Assembly (NCBI RefSeq): GCF_000621645.1
Contig: NZ_JHXR01000002.1
Span: 323,446 to 355,445 of the forward strand
Direction of reading: 5' to 3'
Length of the DNA stretch: 32,000 nucleotides
Source of the DNA: Vibrio cholerae ATCC 14035
GTDB lineage: Bacteria; Pseudomonadota; Gammaproteobacteria; Enterobacterales; Vibrionaceae
Shown: positions 13,402 through 21,254 of the stretch, piece after piece
Numbering within the stretch: the first letter of the stretch is position 1
How the letters are laid out: each line of letters opens with the position of its first letter
Translations under genes and position numbers: made by a program
Notes under the pieces: generated by a model
Told to the model about the DNA's origin: nothing
Seen by the model: the letters and a program-made list of their open reading frames with translations, nothing else
Databases searched by the model: none

Positions 13402-15378
13402 ATGAGCTCAGAAGAAAAACGATTGATCAAATTGCCAAGAACTCACAAAGATGGTCATCTTTTTGAAGTCTCTGAAGCCGCGATTGACTGGATTGAACAG
13501 TATCAACACTTTAAAGGTGTCACGAAAAGCATTGTTGAACTTTTGAATCTGATCTCACTGCGTGGATTACGCAGTAGAGATGGCTTAGTTTCAACCACAG
13601 AACTGATTGATGCAACCGATGGGCAGCTGACGCGTGCAGCCATCCAGCAGCGCTTGAGAGCAGCGGTAGCTGTTGGATTGTTCAAACAAATCCCAGTGCG
13701 TTTTGAAGAGGGGCTGGCTGGCAAAACCATGCTCCATCGTTTCATTAACCCCAACCAATTGATCTCGGTACTCGGCTCAACCAGCTTAGTCACTGAATCG
13801 GTTAAGCAAAATGAAAAGCAAAAGCGCTCAAAAGCATTAGCGCAGACGCAAGTCAATCAACGTTTACTGCATGAGCATGGTTTAAATACACCGCCAGCCA
13901 TGAAAGATGAGGCTGATCAGTTTGTGGTCTCACCGACTAACTGGGCAGGGATCATTGATCAAGCGTTAGCGCCACCCAGAACCCGCAAGAGCTACCAAAA
14001 GTCTATGGTTTCGATATCGGGTACTCGTGCTGTGATTGAAACACGATCGTCTAAAAACATCATGACGGTCGACGATCTGATGACTTTGTTTGCCTTATTC
14101 ACTTTAACAGTGCAATACCATGATCATCACCAAGATGATTACCATTTCAATGCTAAACAAGCACCAAACAAAACGCCGCTGTATATCACCGACATTCTCT
14201 CTTTACGTGGCAAAAAAGACAGCGGCCCGGCACGTGACTCGATCCGTGACAGTATTGATCGTATTGAATTTACCGATTTTCAGTTGCATGAACTGACGGG
14301 TCGTTGGCTCAGTGAGAATATGCCAGAAGGCTTTAAAAGCGATCGTTTTCGCTTTTTAGCGCGCACCATCACCGCTTCCGAAGAGGCACCTGTGGAAGGC
14401 AGTGATGGCGAGATCCGCATCAAACCCAATCTGTACATTTTGGTGTGGGAGCCTTCGTTTTTTGAAGAGCTATTGACGCGAGATTATTTCTTCCTATTTC
14501 CACCGGAGATCTTGAAACAACATACCTTGGTATTTCAGCTCTACTCCTATTTCCGTAGCCGAATGTCTCGTCGTCATACCGATGTAATGATGCTGAGTGA
14601 ACTCAACCAAAAATTAGCCAGAAACATCGAATGGCGACGGTTTTCTATGGATCTGATCCGCGAACTTCGTCGTCTCTCCGAAGGGAAGGGGAGTGAAGAT
14701 CTGTTTGTGGTCAATCTCTGGGGTTATCACTTGACTGTGAAAAGCATTGAAGAGAAAGGCAAAGTGGTGGATTACCAAGTCGATATCAAATGTGATGTGG
14801 AAGAGGTACTGCGCTATTCACGCGCCAAAACCACCAACGCGGGTAAACGCAATATGGCTCCAACCTTGCCTAACCCTTTACGTAACGAGCTGGTTTCCAA
14901 GCAGAAACTGGCTGAGTTATCGAGCATCATCGATGGTGAATTTGAACCAATCCAGCGCAAAGCCCCTTCGCCGAGAGGCCGCTTAGGTCGGCGCGTGAAG
15001 CTACGTAAACATCTTGTCGAAATCAATGCTGATGAAATCACCATTACTCTATCGCGTTATACCTCTCCAGAAGCGCTAGAACGCAGTATAACGGCTTTAG
15101 CGGCTATGACTGGACACGCCCCTTCATCAATCAAAGAAGAGTGTGTAGAGCTCATAGACAAGCTAGATTGGCTGCGTGTTGAAAACGATGTGATCCAATA
15201 CCCGACATTGAGCAAGCTGCTTGAGCTCTACAACAGCCAAAATGAGAGTAAACATCTGTCGATCGAAAAATTGATCGCAGGTTTAGCGGTACGCCGTAAA
15301 GTCTGTAAATTGGTTCAAGATGGGCACATTGACGAAACGGTGTATCGAGCCTTAGATGAGATGGCCGCTGGAGCCTAA
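13402..15378 (+). CDS. rctB: Chromosome II replication initiator RctB
   Basis: 658-aa ORF recognised by recall as RctB (MSSEEKRLIKLPRTHKDGHLF...). It lies directly adjacent to the iteron origin and opposite parAB2. Confidence 0.92.
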   Translation: MSSEEKRLIKLPRTHKDGHLFEVSEAAIDWIEQYQHFKGVTKSIVELLNLISLRGLRSRDGLVSTTELIDATDGQLTRAAIQQRLRAAVAVGLFKQIPVRFEEGLAGKTMLHRFINPNQLISVLGSTSLVTESVKQNEKQKRSKALAQTQVNQRLLHEHGLNTPPAMKDEADQFVVSPTNWAGIIDQALAPPRTRKSYQKSMVSISGTRAVIETRSSKNIMTVDDLMTLFALFTLTVQYHDHHQDDYHFNAKQAPNKTPLYITDILSLRGKKDSGPARDSIRDSIDRIEFTDFQLHELTGRWLSENMPEGFKSDRFRFLARTITASEEAPVEGSDGEIRIKPNLYILVWEPSFFEELLTRDYFFLFPPEILKQHTLVFQLYSYFRSRMSRRHTDVMMLSELNQKLARNIEWRRFSMDLIRELRRLSEGKGSEDLFVVNLWGYHLTVKSIEEKGKVVDYQVDIKCDVEEVLRYSRAKTTNAGKRNMAPTLPNPLRNELVSKQKLAELSSIIDGEFEPIQRKAPSPRGRLGRRVKLRKHLVEINADEITITLSRYTSPEALERSITALAAMTGHAPSSIKEECVELIDKLDWLRVENDVIQYPTLSKLLELYNSQNESKHLSIEKLIAGLAVRRKVCKLVQDGHIDETVYRALDEMAAGA

Positions 15379-15524
15379 CCAAAACGGATTAGGCTGGGCG
15401 TTGGTTTTGTGACTTAAACCTGACAACAGTCTGACATTGAACCGAATAACCGCCGATACACTGCTTCACGAATAGACAACCTTTTGTCCTATCTGATGAA
15501 TTGTAGATTGGCTCATATGTTTTA

Positions 15525-15553
15525 AGCGAGTTTAAATAGCTCGCTCTTTTTTT
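15525..15553 (+). terminator. Rho-independent terminator candidate downstream of rctB
   Basis: AGCGAG-(9 nt)-CTCGCT followed by CTTTTTTTT, about 150 nt after the rctB stop. Confidence 0.5.
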
Positions 15554-15597
15554 GCCTACGATTTGGCAAAATCCTGACTCAGTGCTTTCTATCCCGA

Positions 15598-16182
15598 CTA
15601 TCCGCGCATCGGATCTCGAGTTCCTTGATCATCGTTCCAAGCATGAAACGCCATAAAACGTACATGCGCATCGATCAAGGCGTGAGATTGAGATTCTCCA
15701 CCCACTTGATGGTTGAGATGTTCAAGACTCAGCACCATCAGCTGTTGCATCCGTAGCAAACACCAAGATTTCAACTCCAAGTCACACTCAGGTTGAGCGG
15801 CGCAGAGCTGGAATCGACCGTAAGCCAAATTGAGATATTGCAAGGCCTTCTCGGTATCCGTCTCGCGATAAAACTCAAATTGACGCAAACAGGCATCAAG
15901 CCAGCAGGCAATCGCTTTGCTTTGAGTGGAATTGAGCGCAGGCTGCCAGAGTGCTTGCGGTGCGCCAAAAATCAAAGGTTGTAATTCAGCGACGGCAGCA
16001 CAATCGTTATGTTGATACCAGTGATGAATGGTGTGTAACCAGTGCTGTAGTTCATTCATACCGTAAGTCTCGATCATCAAAAAAAGAGTTGATCCCATAA
16101 GATCAACGATCTGAAGCAAACCATATGGCTGATGCCACGCTTTCATTCTTGTAGTGTGGTTCACGAAGGCAATGTTTGCCAT
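15598..16182 (-). CDS. Hypothetical protein (Trp/His/Gln/Cys-rich, predicted helical)
   Basis: The ORF is open from 16212 (TTG); the first ATG is at 16182 (MANIAFVNH). I recognise no motif. It is kept as coding because it is the only long ORF in this interval. Confidence 0.5.
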   Translation of the reverse strand: MANIAFVNHTTRMKAWHQPYGLLQIVDLMGSTLFLMIETYGMNELQHWLHTIHHWYQHNDCAAVAELQPLIFGAPQALWQPALNSTQSKAIACWLDACLRQFEFYRETDTEKALQYLNLAYGRFQLCAAQPECDLELKSWCLLRMQQLMVLSLEHLNHQVGGESQSHALIDAHVRFMAFHAWNDDQGTRDPMRG

Positions 16183-16306
16183 ATACTCTTGATAGGGAAA
16201 GGGGAAGATCAATAAAATGACCGAGAAGAGAGGCGTTGTACTGCGAAATAACGCGCCAATTTAGCGGTGAGTTTGGGTATTAGCAAAAAGAATATCTATA
16301 GTTTTA

Positions 16307-16336
16307 TTGATAGGATTTCTGAAGTATTGCCATAAT
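16307..16336 (+). promoter_or_regulatory. Sigma-70 type promoter candidate for the 65-aa ORF
   Basis: TTGATA (16307-16312), 18-bp spacer, CATAAT (16331-16336). Confidence 0.4.
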
Positions 16337-16421
16337 CACAATATGGATTAAATCTACTTAACAAAGCACAGCGCCTTTGCTACAGATTAGCTGTTCCTAG
16401 CATGGTTTTTCGGAGGTATCT

Positions 16422-16619
16422 ATGTCCATTAATTCTATTGACCATGATGACATGACGAACATTGCCAACAAATGGGATTCAATTGAAGAAATTGAATCCC
16501 AGCGACCAACAAAGAACTTGAAGTCAGCGGAAGCTCGACGCCGTATTGAAACGCTACGTGAGATACGCGAAAGCGGCCTGACTATCGAGGAAGCTAAAGA
16601 GCTGGGTTTGTTGCACTAG
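16422..16619 (+). CDS. Small acidic conserved hypothetical protein (DUF3545/PA3496-like by recall)
   Basis: 65 aa. Strong GGAGG RBS 7 nt upstream. Acidic N-terminus followed by AEARRRIETLREIRE. A strong terminator follows. Confidence 0.6.
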   Translation: MSINSIDHDDMTNIANKWDSIEEIESQRPTKNLKSAEARRRIETLREIRESGLTIEEAKELGLLH

Positions 16620-16643
16620 CCTTTGGTATCAGAGATATCGATG

Positions 16644-16675
16644 AAGGGTGACTTAGGTCACCCTTACTTATTTTT
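16644..16675 (+). terminator. Rho-independent terminator
   Basis: AAGGGTGAC-ttag-GTCACCCTT followed by ACTTATTTTT. Confidence 0.75.
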
Positions 16676-16781
16676 ATTGCTTTAGTTGATTTGAAGCACC
16701 CAAAGCAACATTTTGACTCTTAATTTTCCGCATTCCTATGTTATATTTCGCCCCACGATTTTATTGACTGTGGGCTTACTA

Positions 16782-16991
16782 ATGTCTTTCAACCTTGCAT
16801 TACTGACTGCGGCAGAAAAAAACAGAGTAGAACTTGATAAACAAGCTTCTTACCTTGTTTGGCGACTTAAGCAAGCAAAAGCGGGACCGGAAGAGATCAC
16901 TAAGCAGATGGCCAAGATTGCTTCTGAAAGCGAAAAACAGTGGTTTCAACAGTCGATAGAGAAGTACAAAAGAGTGATGGGCGTTGCGTAG
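16782..16991 (+). CDS. Small hypothetical protein (start uncertain; a TTG at 16713 would add a signal-peptide-like N-terminus)
   Basis: The ORF is open over 16713..16991. The ATG at 16782 gives 69 aa. The longer form has a hydrophobic stretch ILLTVGLLMSFNLALLTAA. No clear RBS precedes either start. Confidence 0.35.
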   Translation: MSFNLALLTAAEKNRVELDKQASYLVWRLKQAKAGPEEITKQMAKIASESEKQWFQQSIEKYKRVMGVA

Positions 16992-17078
16992 CGTCTATGC
17001 TCAGCAGGTGGCAAATTGCAAACAGCAAGCCTTCTGCTAAAATCCGTCGCAACACATTGAATTAGAGAGAACATCCCA

Positions 17079-17798
17079 ATGGGAAGAAGTTTTGAAGTGC
17101 GCAAAGCCTCAATGGCGAAAACTCAAGGCGCAAAGATTAAAGTTTACTCAAAATACGGTAAAGAGATTTACGTTTGTGCGAAAAACGGCGGTACTGACCC
17201 TGACATGAACTTATCGCTGCGTCATCTGATCACGAAAGCGAAAAAAGACCAAGTACCCGCACACGTTATCGAAAAAGCACTGGATAAAGCCAGCGGTGGA
17301 GCAGGTGAAGATTACCAACCAGCACGTTACGAAGGTTTCGGCCCTGGTGGCGCGAGTGTGATCGTTGACTGTCTAACGGACAACGGTAACCGTACCTACC
17401 AAGACGTGCGCCAATGCTTCGTCAAAACGGGCGCGAAAATTGGTACTCCAGGTGTGGTTGCACACATGTTTGATCACCAAGCGGTTTTCCAATTCCAAGG
17501 CGATGATGAAGAAGCTATTCTTGAAGCGCTGATGATGGCTGACGCGGAAGTGACAGACATCGAGCATGAAGATGGTGTGATCACTGTATTTGCACCTAAC
17601 ACCGAATTCTTCAAAGTGAAAACTGCTCTGAACGAAGCATTCCCAGATCTGACTCTGGATGTGGAAGAGATCACTTTCGTTCCACAAAACCGCACTGTTG
17701 TAAGCGGTGAAGACGCAGAAAAATTCCAGAAGTTCCTCGATATGCTGGATGACTGCGATGACGTACAGCAGGTTTACCACAACGCGGATATCGAATAA
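17079..17798 (+). CDS. YebC/PmpR-family DNA-binding transcriptional regulator (YeeN-like)
   Basis: 239 aa. [39 protein letters not shown] and [13 protein letters not shown] are typical of the YebC/YeeN family. Confidence 0.9.
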   Translation: MGRSFEVRKASMAKTQGAKIKVYSKYGKEIYVCAKNGGTDPDMNLSLRHLITKAKKDQVPAHVIEKALDKASGGAGEDYQPARYEGFGPGGASVIVDCLTDNGNRTYQDVRQCFVKTGAKIGTPGVVAHMFDHQAVFQFQGDDEEAILEALMMADAEVTDIEHEDGVITVFAPNTEFFKVKTALNEAFPDLTLDVEEITFVPQNRTVVSGEDAEKFQKFLDMLDDCDDVQQVYHNADIE

Positions 17799-17808
17799 TC
17801 GTTATCTT

Positions 17809-17836
17809 AAAAAGCCGAGCGAAAGCTCGGCTTTTT
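17809..17836 (+). terminator. Rho-independent terminator
   Basis: AGCCGAGC-gaaa-GCTCGGCT followed by TTTT. Confidence 0.8.
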
Positions 17837-17912
17837 CATTTTGGGATATCAGCATCCTACCTTCAGCGCCAAGTCATTTGGGTATAAAAACAAAAATCAT
17901 AAGGAGAACAAG

Positions 17913-18788
17913 ATGAGAGTCAGCTTTATTGGATTAGGCGTGATGGGGTATCCCATGGCGGGACATCTACAAAAAGCCGGTTTTGACGTCACGGTTTTTA
18001 ATCGTACTCAGGCGAAAGCGGTGGCGTGGGCGAAACAGTTTGGCGGGCAGTATGCTGAAACGGTAGCAGAATGTGTCAAGAACGCCGATGTGGTACTCAC
18101 TTGCGTAGGTAATGACGATGATGTACGCAGCATGACCACGGCAGCTACTGGCGCTATTCCCGCGATGAAACCGGGCGCAGTATTGATCGATCACACCACG
18201 ACCTCAGCACTGTTGGCTGAAGAGTTGTCGGCAGCGGCGCAGCAAGCGGGTTTGCATTTTATGGATGCTCCTGTTTCTGGTGGTCAGGCTGGCGCTGAAA
18301 ATGGCGTCTTGACCATTATGTGTGGTGGCGACGAAGCACTCTTTGCCAAGATGCAACCTATCTTTGCCGCTTACGGGCGCTCTTCGGTTTTGATGGGTGC
18401 GGCAGGGCAGGGGCAGCGCGCTAAGATGGTCAATCAGATCTGTATTGCCGGTGTGCTGAATGGTCTGTCTGAAGGACTGATGTTGGCAGAGCAAGCCGGT
18501 TTGGATATCCCGAATCTGGTGGCGTGTTTGAAAAATGGGGCGGCTGGCTCTTGGCAGATGGAAAATCGCGCGCTCACCATGAGCCAAGAGAAGTTTGATT
18601 TTGGCTTTGCGATTGATTGGATGATCAAAGATTTGGGTTTTTGCCTAGATGAAGCCGCGCAGTTAGGCCTGAGATTACCGATGACAGAAAACACGATGAC
18701 CGCTTACCAGCGCCTTTCTGCGCAGGGGTTAGGTCGTATGGATACTTCCGTACTGATTCAAGCGGTAAAAGAAGCTGCTAAGAAATAA
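17913..18788 (+). CDS. NAD(P)-dependent oxidoreductase, 3-hydroxyisobutyrate dehydrogenase family
   Basis: The start is at MRVSFIGLGVMGYPMAGHL (AAGGAG RBS, Rossmann GxGxxG); the track ORF starts earlier at 17841. 291 aa. Confidence 0.88.
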   Translation: MRVSFIGLGVMGYPMAGHLQKAGFDVTVFNRTQAKAVAWAKQFGGQYAETVAECVKNADVVLTCVGNDDDVRSMTTAATGAIPAMKPGAVLIDHTTTSALLAEELSAAAQQAGLHFMDAPVSGGQAGAENGVLTIMCGGDEALFAKMQPIFAAYGRSSVLMGAAGQGQRAKMVNQICIAGVLNGLSEGLMLAEQAGLDIPNLVACLKNGAAGSWQMENRALTMSQEKFDFGFAIDWMIKDLGFCLDEAAQLGLRLPMTENTMTAYQRLSAQGLGRMDTSVLIQAVKEAAKK

Positions 18789-18801
18789 CCATGCTGACCA
18801 C

Positions 18802-18830
18802 AAAAAGCGCCTCAGTGTGAGAGGCGCTTT
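18802..18830. terminator. Hairpin terminator between convergent genes (better T-tract on the minus strand, i.e. for the MCP gene)
   Basis: AAAAAGCGCCTC-(7 nt)-GAGGCGCTTT. Confidence 0.55.
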
Positions 18831-18873
18831 GGGTCAACAGTGACCTTGGTGCAGTTCGTGGTATAGCGGTTCA

Positions 18874-18888
18874 ATTTACACTGTAAAC
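18874..18888. promoter_or_regulatory. parS2 centromere-like site
   Basis: aTTTACAcTGTAAAc is a perfect parS2 palindrome in the 3-prime intergenic region, 4 nt beyond the MCP stop codon. Confidence 0.85.
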
Positions 18889-18891
18889 AAC

Positions 18892-20553
18892 TCACACCTT
18901 AAAGCGCGCCACCAGCTCATACAGCTCGTGAGCTCGTCCATTTAATGTCTGGCTACCTTGACGGTTCTGGTTCGCTAAATCCGCCGATTCGCTACTTTGG
19001 TCAGAAATTACCACAATACGTTGTGAGATCTCTTGTCCGACAATGCTCTGCTCTTCAGTAGCCGTCGCGATTAAGGCGTTCATATCCATAATAGTGCCAA
19101 TTGACGCTTGGATTTTTTGGAGCGCTTCGGCCGCCGCGTTAGCTTCACGCACGGTAGTAATACTGCGCTGTTGGCTCGATTCCATCGCTTTTACGGCTGC
19201 GTCTGAGCCCGCTTTCAACTGTTGGATCATTGTGTGAATTTGCTGAGTACTCTCTTGAGTACGGCTAGCAAGCTTACGGACTTCATCGGCGACCACGGCA
19301 AAACCGCGGCCTTGCTCTCCGGCACGCGCGGCTTCAATTGCTGCGTTGAGGGCGAGGAGGTTAGTCTGTTCGGCAATATCTTGAATCACGGCCAATGAGC
19401 TAGTGATGTTATTGACATCGCCTTCAAGTTTGGCAATGACGCTGCTGGCATCGGCCACTTCTTCGGCCAAAGCTTGGACTGAGCGAGCCGCAGCGTTAAC
19501 GATGTTATGAACGTCGGTCGCGTTATCTTCAGCATCTTTGGCTGACTGCGCGGCATTATTCGCGTTGTTAGAGATCTCTTGAGCGGTCGTTGTCATCTCG
19601 GTCATCGCAGTGGCCACTTGTTCGGTCTCTTCTCTTTGATTCGATGCTAAATGGTCAACTTGAGTCGCCCGTTGGCTCATGGCATTGGTCTCTTCAACCA
19701 CTTGCTGCCCAACTTGATTGACCCGTTTAATGATGTTTTGCAAGCTCTCTACAAAGCGGTTAAAGTTGTGGCTCAATTTATGAAATTCAGGAACACTGAA
19801 TTTTTCCATGCGCGCGGTTAAATCCGCATCGCCACTGGCAAATGAACTAATTGAATTATCAAACAGCTCCAGTGGGCGCATGATGCTTCGGTTAATCATT
19901 ATTGCCATCACGCTAACCAGAATGACAATAAGCAGCGTAATGCCAGCCAGTGTATATAGTCCTTGTTCGAGCTGCTCTTCTGCGCGCGCTTCCATCTCTG
20001 CAATTTCAGCATCGACATCGTCAGTGTAAAAACCGGTCCCTATAGTGAGATCCCACTGCGGGAGATAGACCGAATAACTCAGTTTAGGTAAGGGCGTCTG
20101 TTCGCCGGGTTTGGGGAAATAATAGGTTGTGAATTGGTTTAATTTGGCGTTTTTCAGCAAATCTTGAATCAGATAGTTGCCTTGGGTGTCTTGCATGTTC
20201 ATAAAGTTGTCGCCTAAGCCATTCGTCGCTTTACCTAATAACAGGCGAGTACCTTTTGAATCATAACCAAAGATATAACCGCTTTGTCCAAACTGAATTT
20301 CACGTAATATCGCGATTGCATCATCGAGAGGGGCTTGGCGGGCTTTGAGTGGAGCAAGCGCAGTATCCGCGATTTGCAAATAGGATTTCAGTTCGGCCTG
20401 TTTCATTTCCATCATGGCCTCACGGGTATTGCGCATCTGCTCTTGGCTGAGTAAGCGGGTTTCGCTAAAAGTAAAGTACATCATACTTAATGCTATGGTG
20501 AGTAAAGGCACCAAAGAAAGGATGTACAGGCGTTGTCGAATCGTCAGGCTCAT
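18892..20553 (-). CDS. Methyl-accepting chemotaxis protein (periplasmic Cache-like sensor, HAMP, MA domain)
   Basis: 553 aa. Two TM segments flank a periplasmic domain of about 170 aa. Highly conserved signalling hairpin [35 protein letters not shown]. Confidence 0.92.
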   Translation of the reverse strand: MSLTIRQRLYILSLVPLLTIALSMMYFTFSETRLLSQEQMRNTREAMMEMKQAELKSYLQIADTALAPLKARQAPLDDAIAILREIQFGQSGYIFGYDSKGTRLLLGKATNGLGDNFMNMQDTQGNYLIQDLLKNAKLNQFTTYYFPKPGEQTPLPKLSYSVYLPQWDLTIGTGFYTDDVDAEIAEMEARAEEQLEQGLYTLAGITLLIVILVSVMAIMINRSIMRPLELFDNSISSFASGDADLTARMEKFSVPEFHKLSHNFNRFVESLQNIIKRVNQVGQQVVEETNAMSQRATQVDHLASNQREETEQVATAMTEMTTTAQEISNNANNAAQSAKDAEDNATDVHNIVNAAARSVQALAEEVADASSVIAKLEGDVNNITSSLAVIQDIAEQTNLLALNAAIEAARAGEQGRGFAVVADEVRKLASRTQESTQQIHTMIQQLKAGSDAAVKAMESSQQRSITTVREANAAAEALQKIQASIGTIMDMNALIATATEEQSIVGQEISQRIVVISDQSSESADLANQNRQGSQTLNGRAHELYELVARFKV

Positions 20554-20831
20554 AGTTGTGGCTCACTTCGTTAGTTATTATTCCCTTTCTCGTTGAAGCG
20601 GTATCGGTATTGGCTACGTCCGTTTACCCCAATCACATCGTCTGCTTATGCTCATGGGGATCAACTTGCTTGCACCTATCTGCAACTCCAAGTCGTTTGG
20701 GGATATGAGAACTTTATTAATAAGCCTAGTTCAAAAAGGGATATTGTGTAGTGAGTGGCGGAAGATGTTTGAGTATAAGCAAAGAGAGCGTGCTATACTC
20801 TGCGCCCTTTCAGTTCGATAGAGCGACCATC

Positions 20832-21188
20832 ATGAACCTTAAAACCGATATTCAACAACTCAACAATCGCATCGATACTTGCCGCCGTAAGTTGGATGCT
20901 GCAAAAAGTCGTGCCGATTCAGAGATGGTCAGCAAGTTTACCGATGAATTAGAAGCCTTGACTAAGCGTTTGAATAGCGTGAAAGGCAAGCAAGATTACG
21001 AACTCAATAAAATGCGTAAAACCATTGCCGATATGCCTTTCTCTCGTGAGCTGACTAAGCTTGAGCAAGCGGATTTAGGTAAGCTGAAAAAATCGGTGAA
21101 AGGGTTAGTGATCGTGCATCCGACCACCAAAATCGGTAAAGCATTGCGTGTCGAAGTGATGACGGGTTTTGCGCCTAAGCCATTCTAA
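20832..21188 (+). CDS. yibL: YibL-family ribosome-associated protein
   Basis: 118 aa from MNLKTDIQQL. The C-terminal MPFSRELTKLEQADLGKLKKSVKGLVIVHPTTKIG...MTGF matches my recollection of E. coli YibL. The track ORF starts at an upstream GTG (20751). Confidence 0.8.
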   Translation: MNLKTDIQQLNNRIDTCRRKLDAAKSRADSEMVSKFTDELEALTKRLNSVKGKQDYELNKMRKTIADMPFSRELTKLEQADLGKLKKSVKGLVIVHPTTKIGKALRVEVMTGFAPKPF

Positions 21189-21210
21189 ATATGGCAAAGA
21201 ATTTAAATAG

Positions 21211-21237
21211 AAAGAGCCAGCGTTTGCTGGCTCTTTT
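21211..21237. terminator. Bidirectional rho-independent terminator (yibL / malT convergent)
   Basis: AGAGCCAGC-gttt-GCTGGCTCT, flanked by AAA and TTT. Confidence 0.75.
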
Positions 21238-21254
21238 GCGTTTGTCAGGTCGAT

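Noticed and set aside
13503-13856. 117-aa minus-strand ORF antisense to the 5-prime part of rctB
   Set aside because: It is nested in rctB with no RBS or recognisable domain. There is no independent support.
15379-15425. Apparent complementary runs (CCAAAAC / GGTTTTG) right after the rctB stop, considered as a terminator
   Set aside because: The two runs are not reverse complements of each other, so no stem forms. The better terminator candidate is at 15525..15553.
16422-16991. Possible toxin-antitoxin pair formed by the two small plus-strand ORFs
   Set aside because: The two ORFs are separated by about 160 nt that contain a strong rho-independent terminator, and they are not translationally coupled. 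Neither resembles a known toxin or antitoxin family that I recognise.
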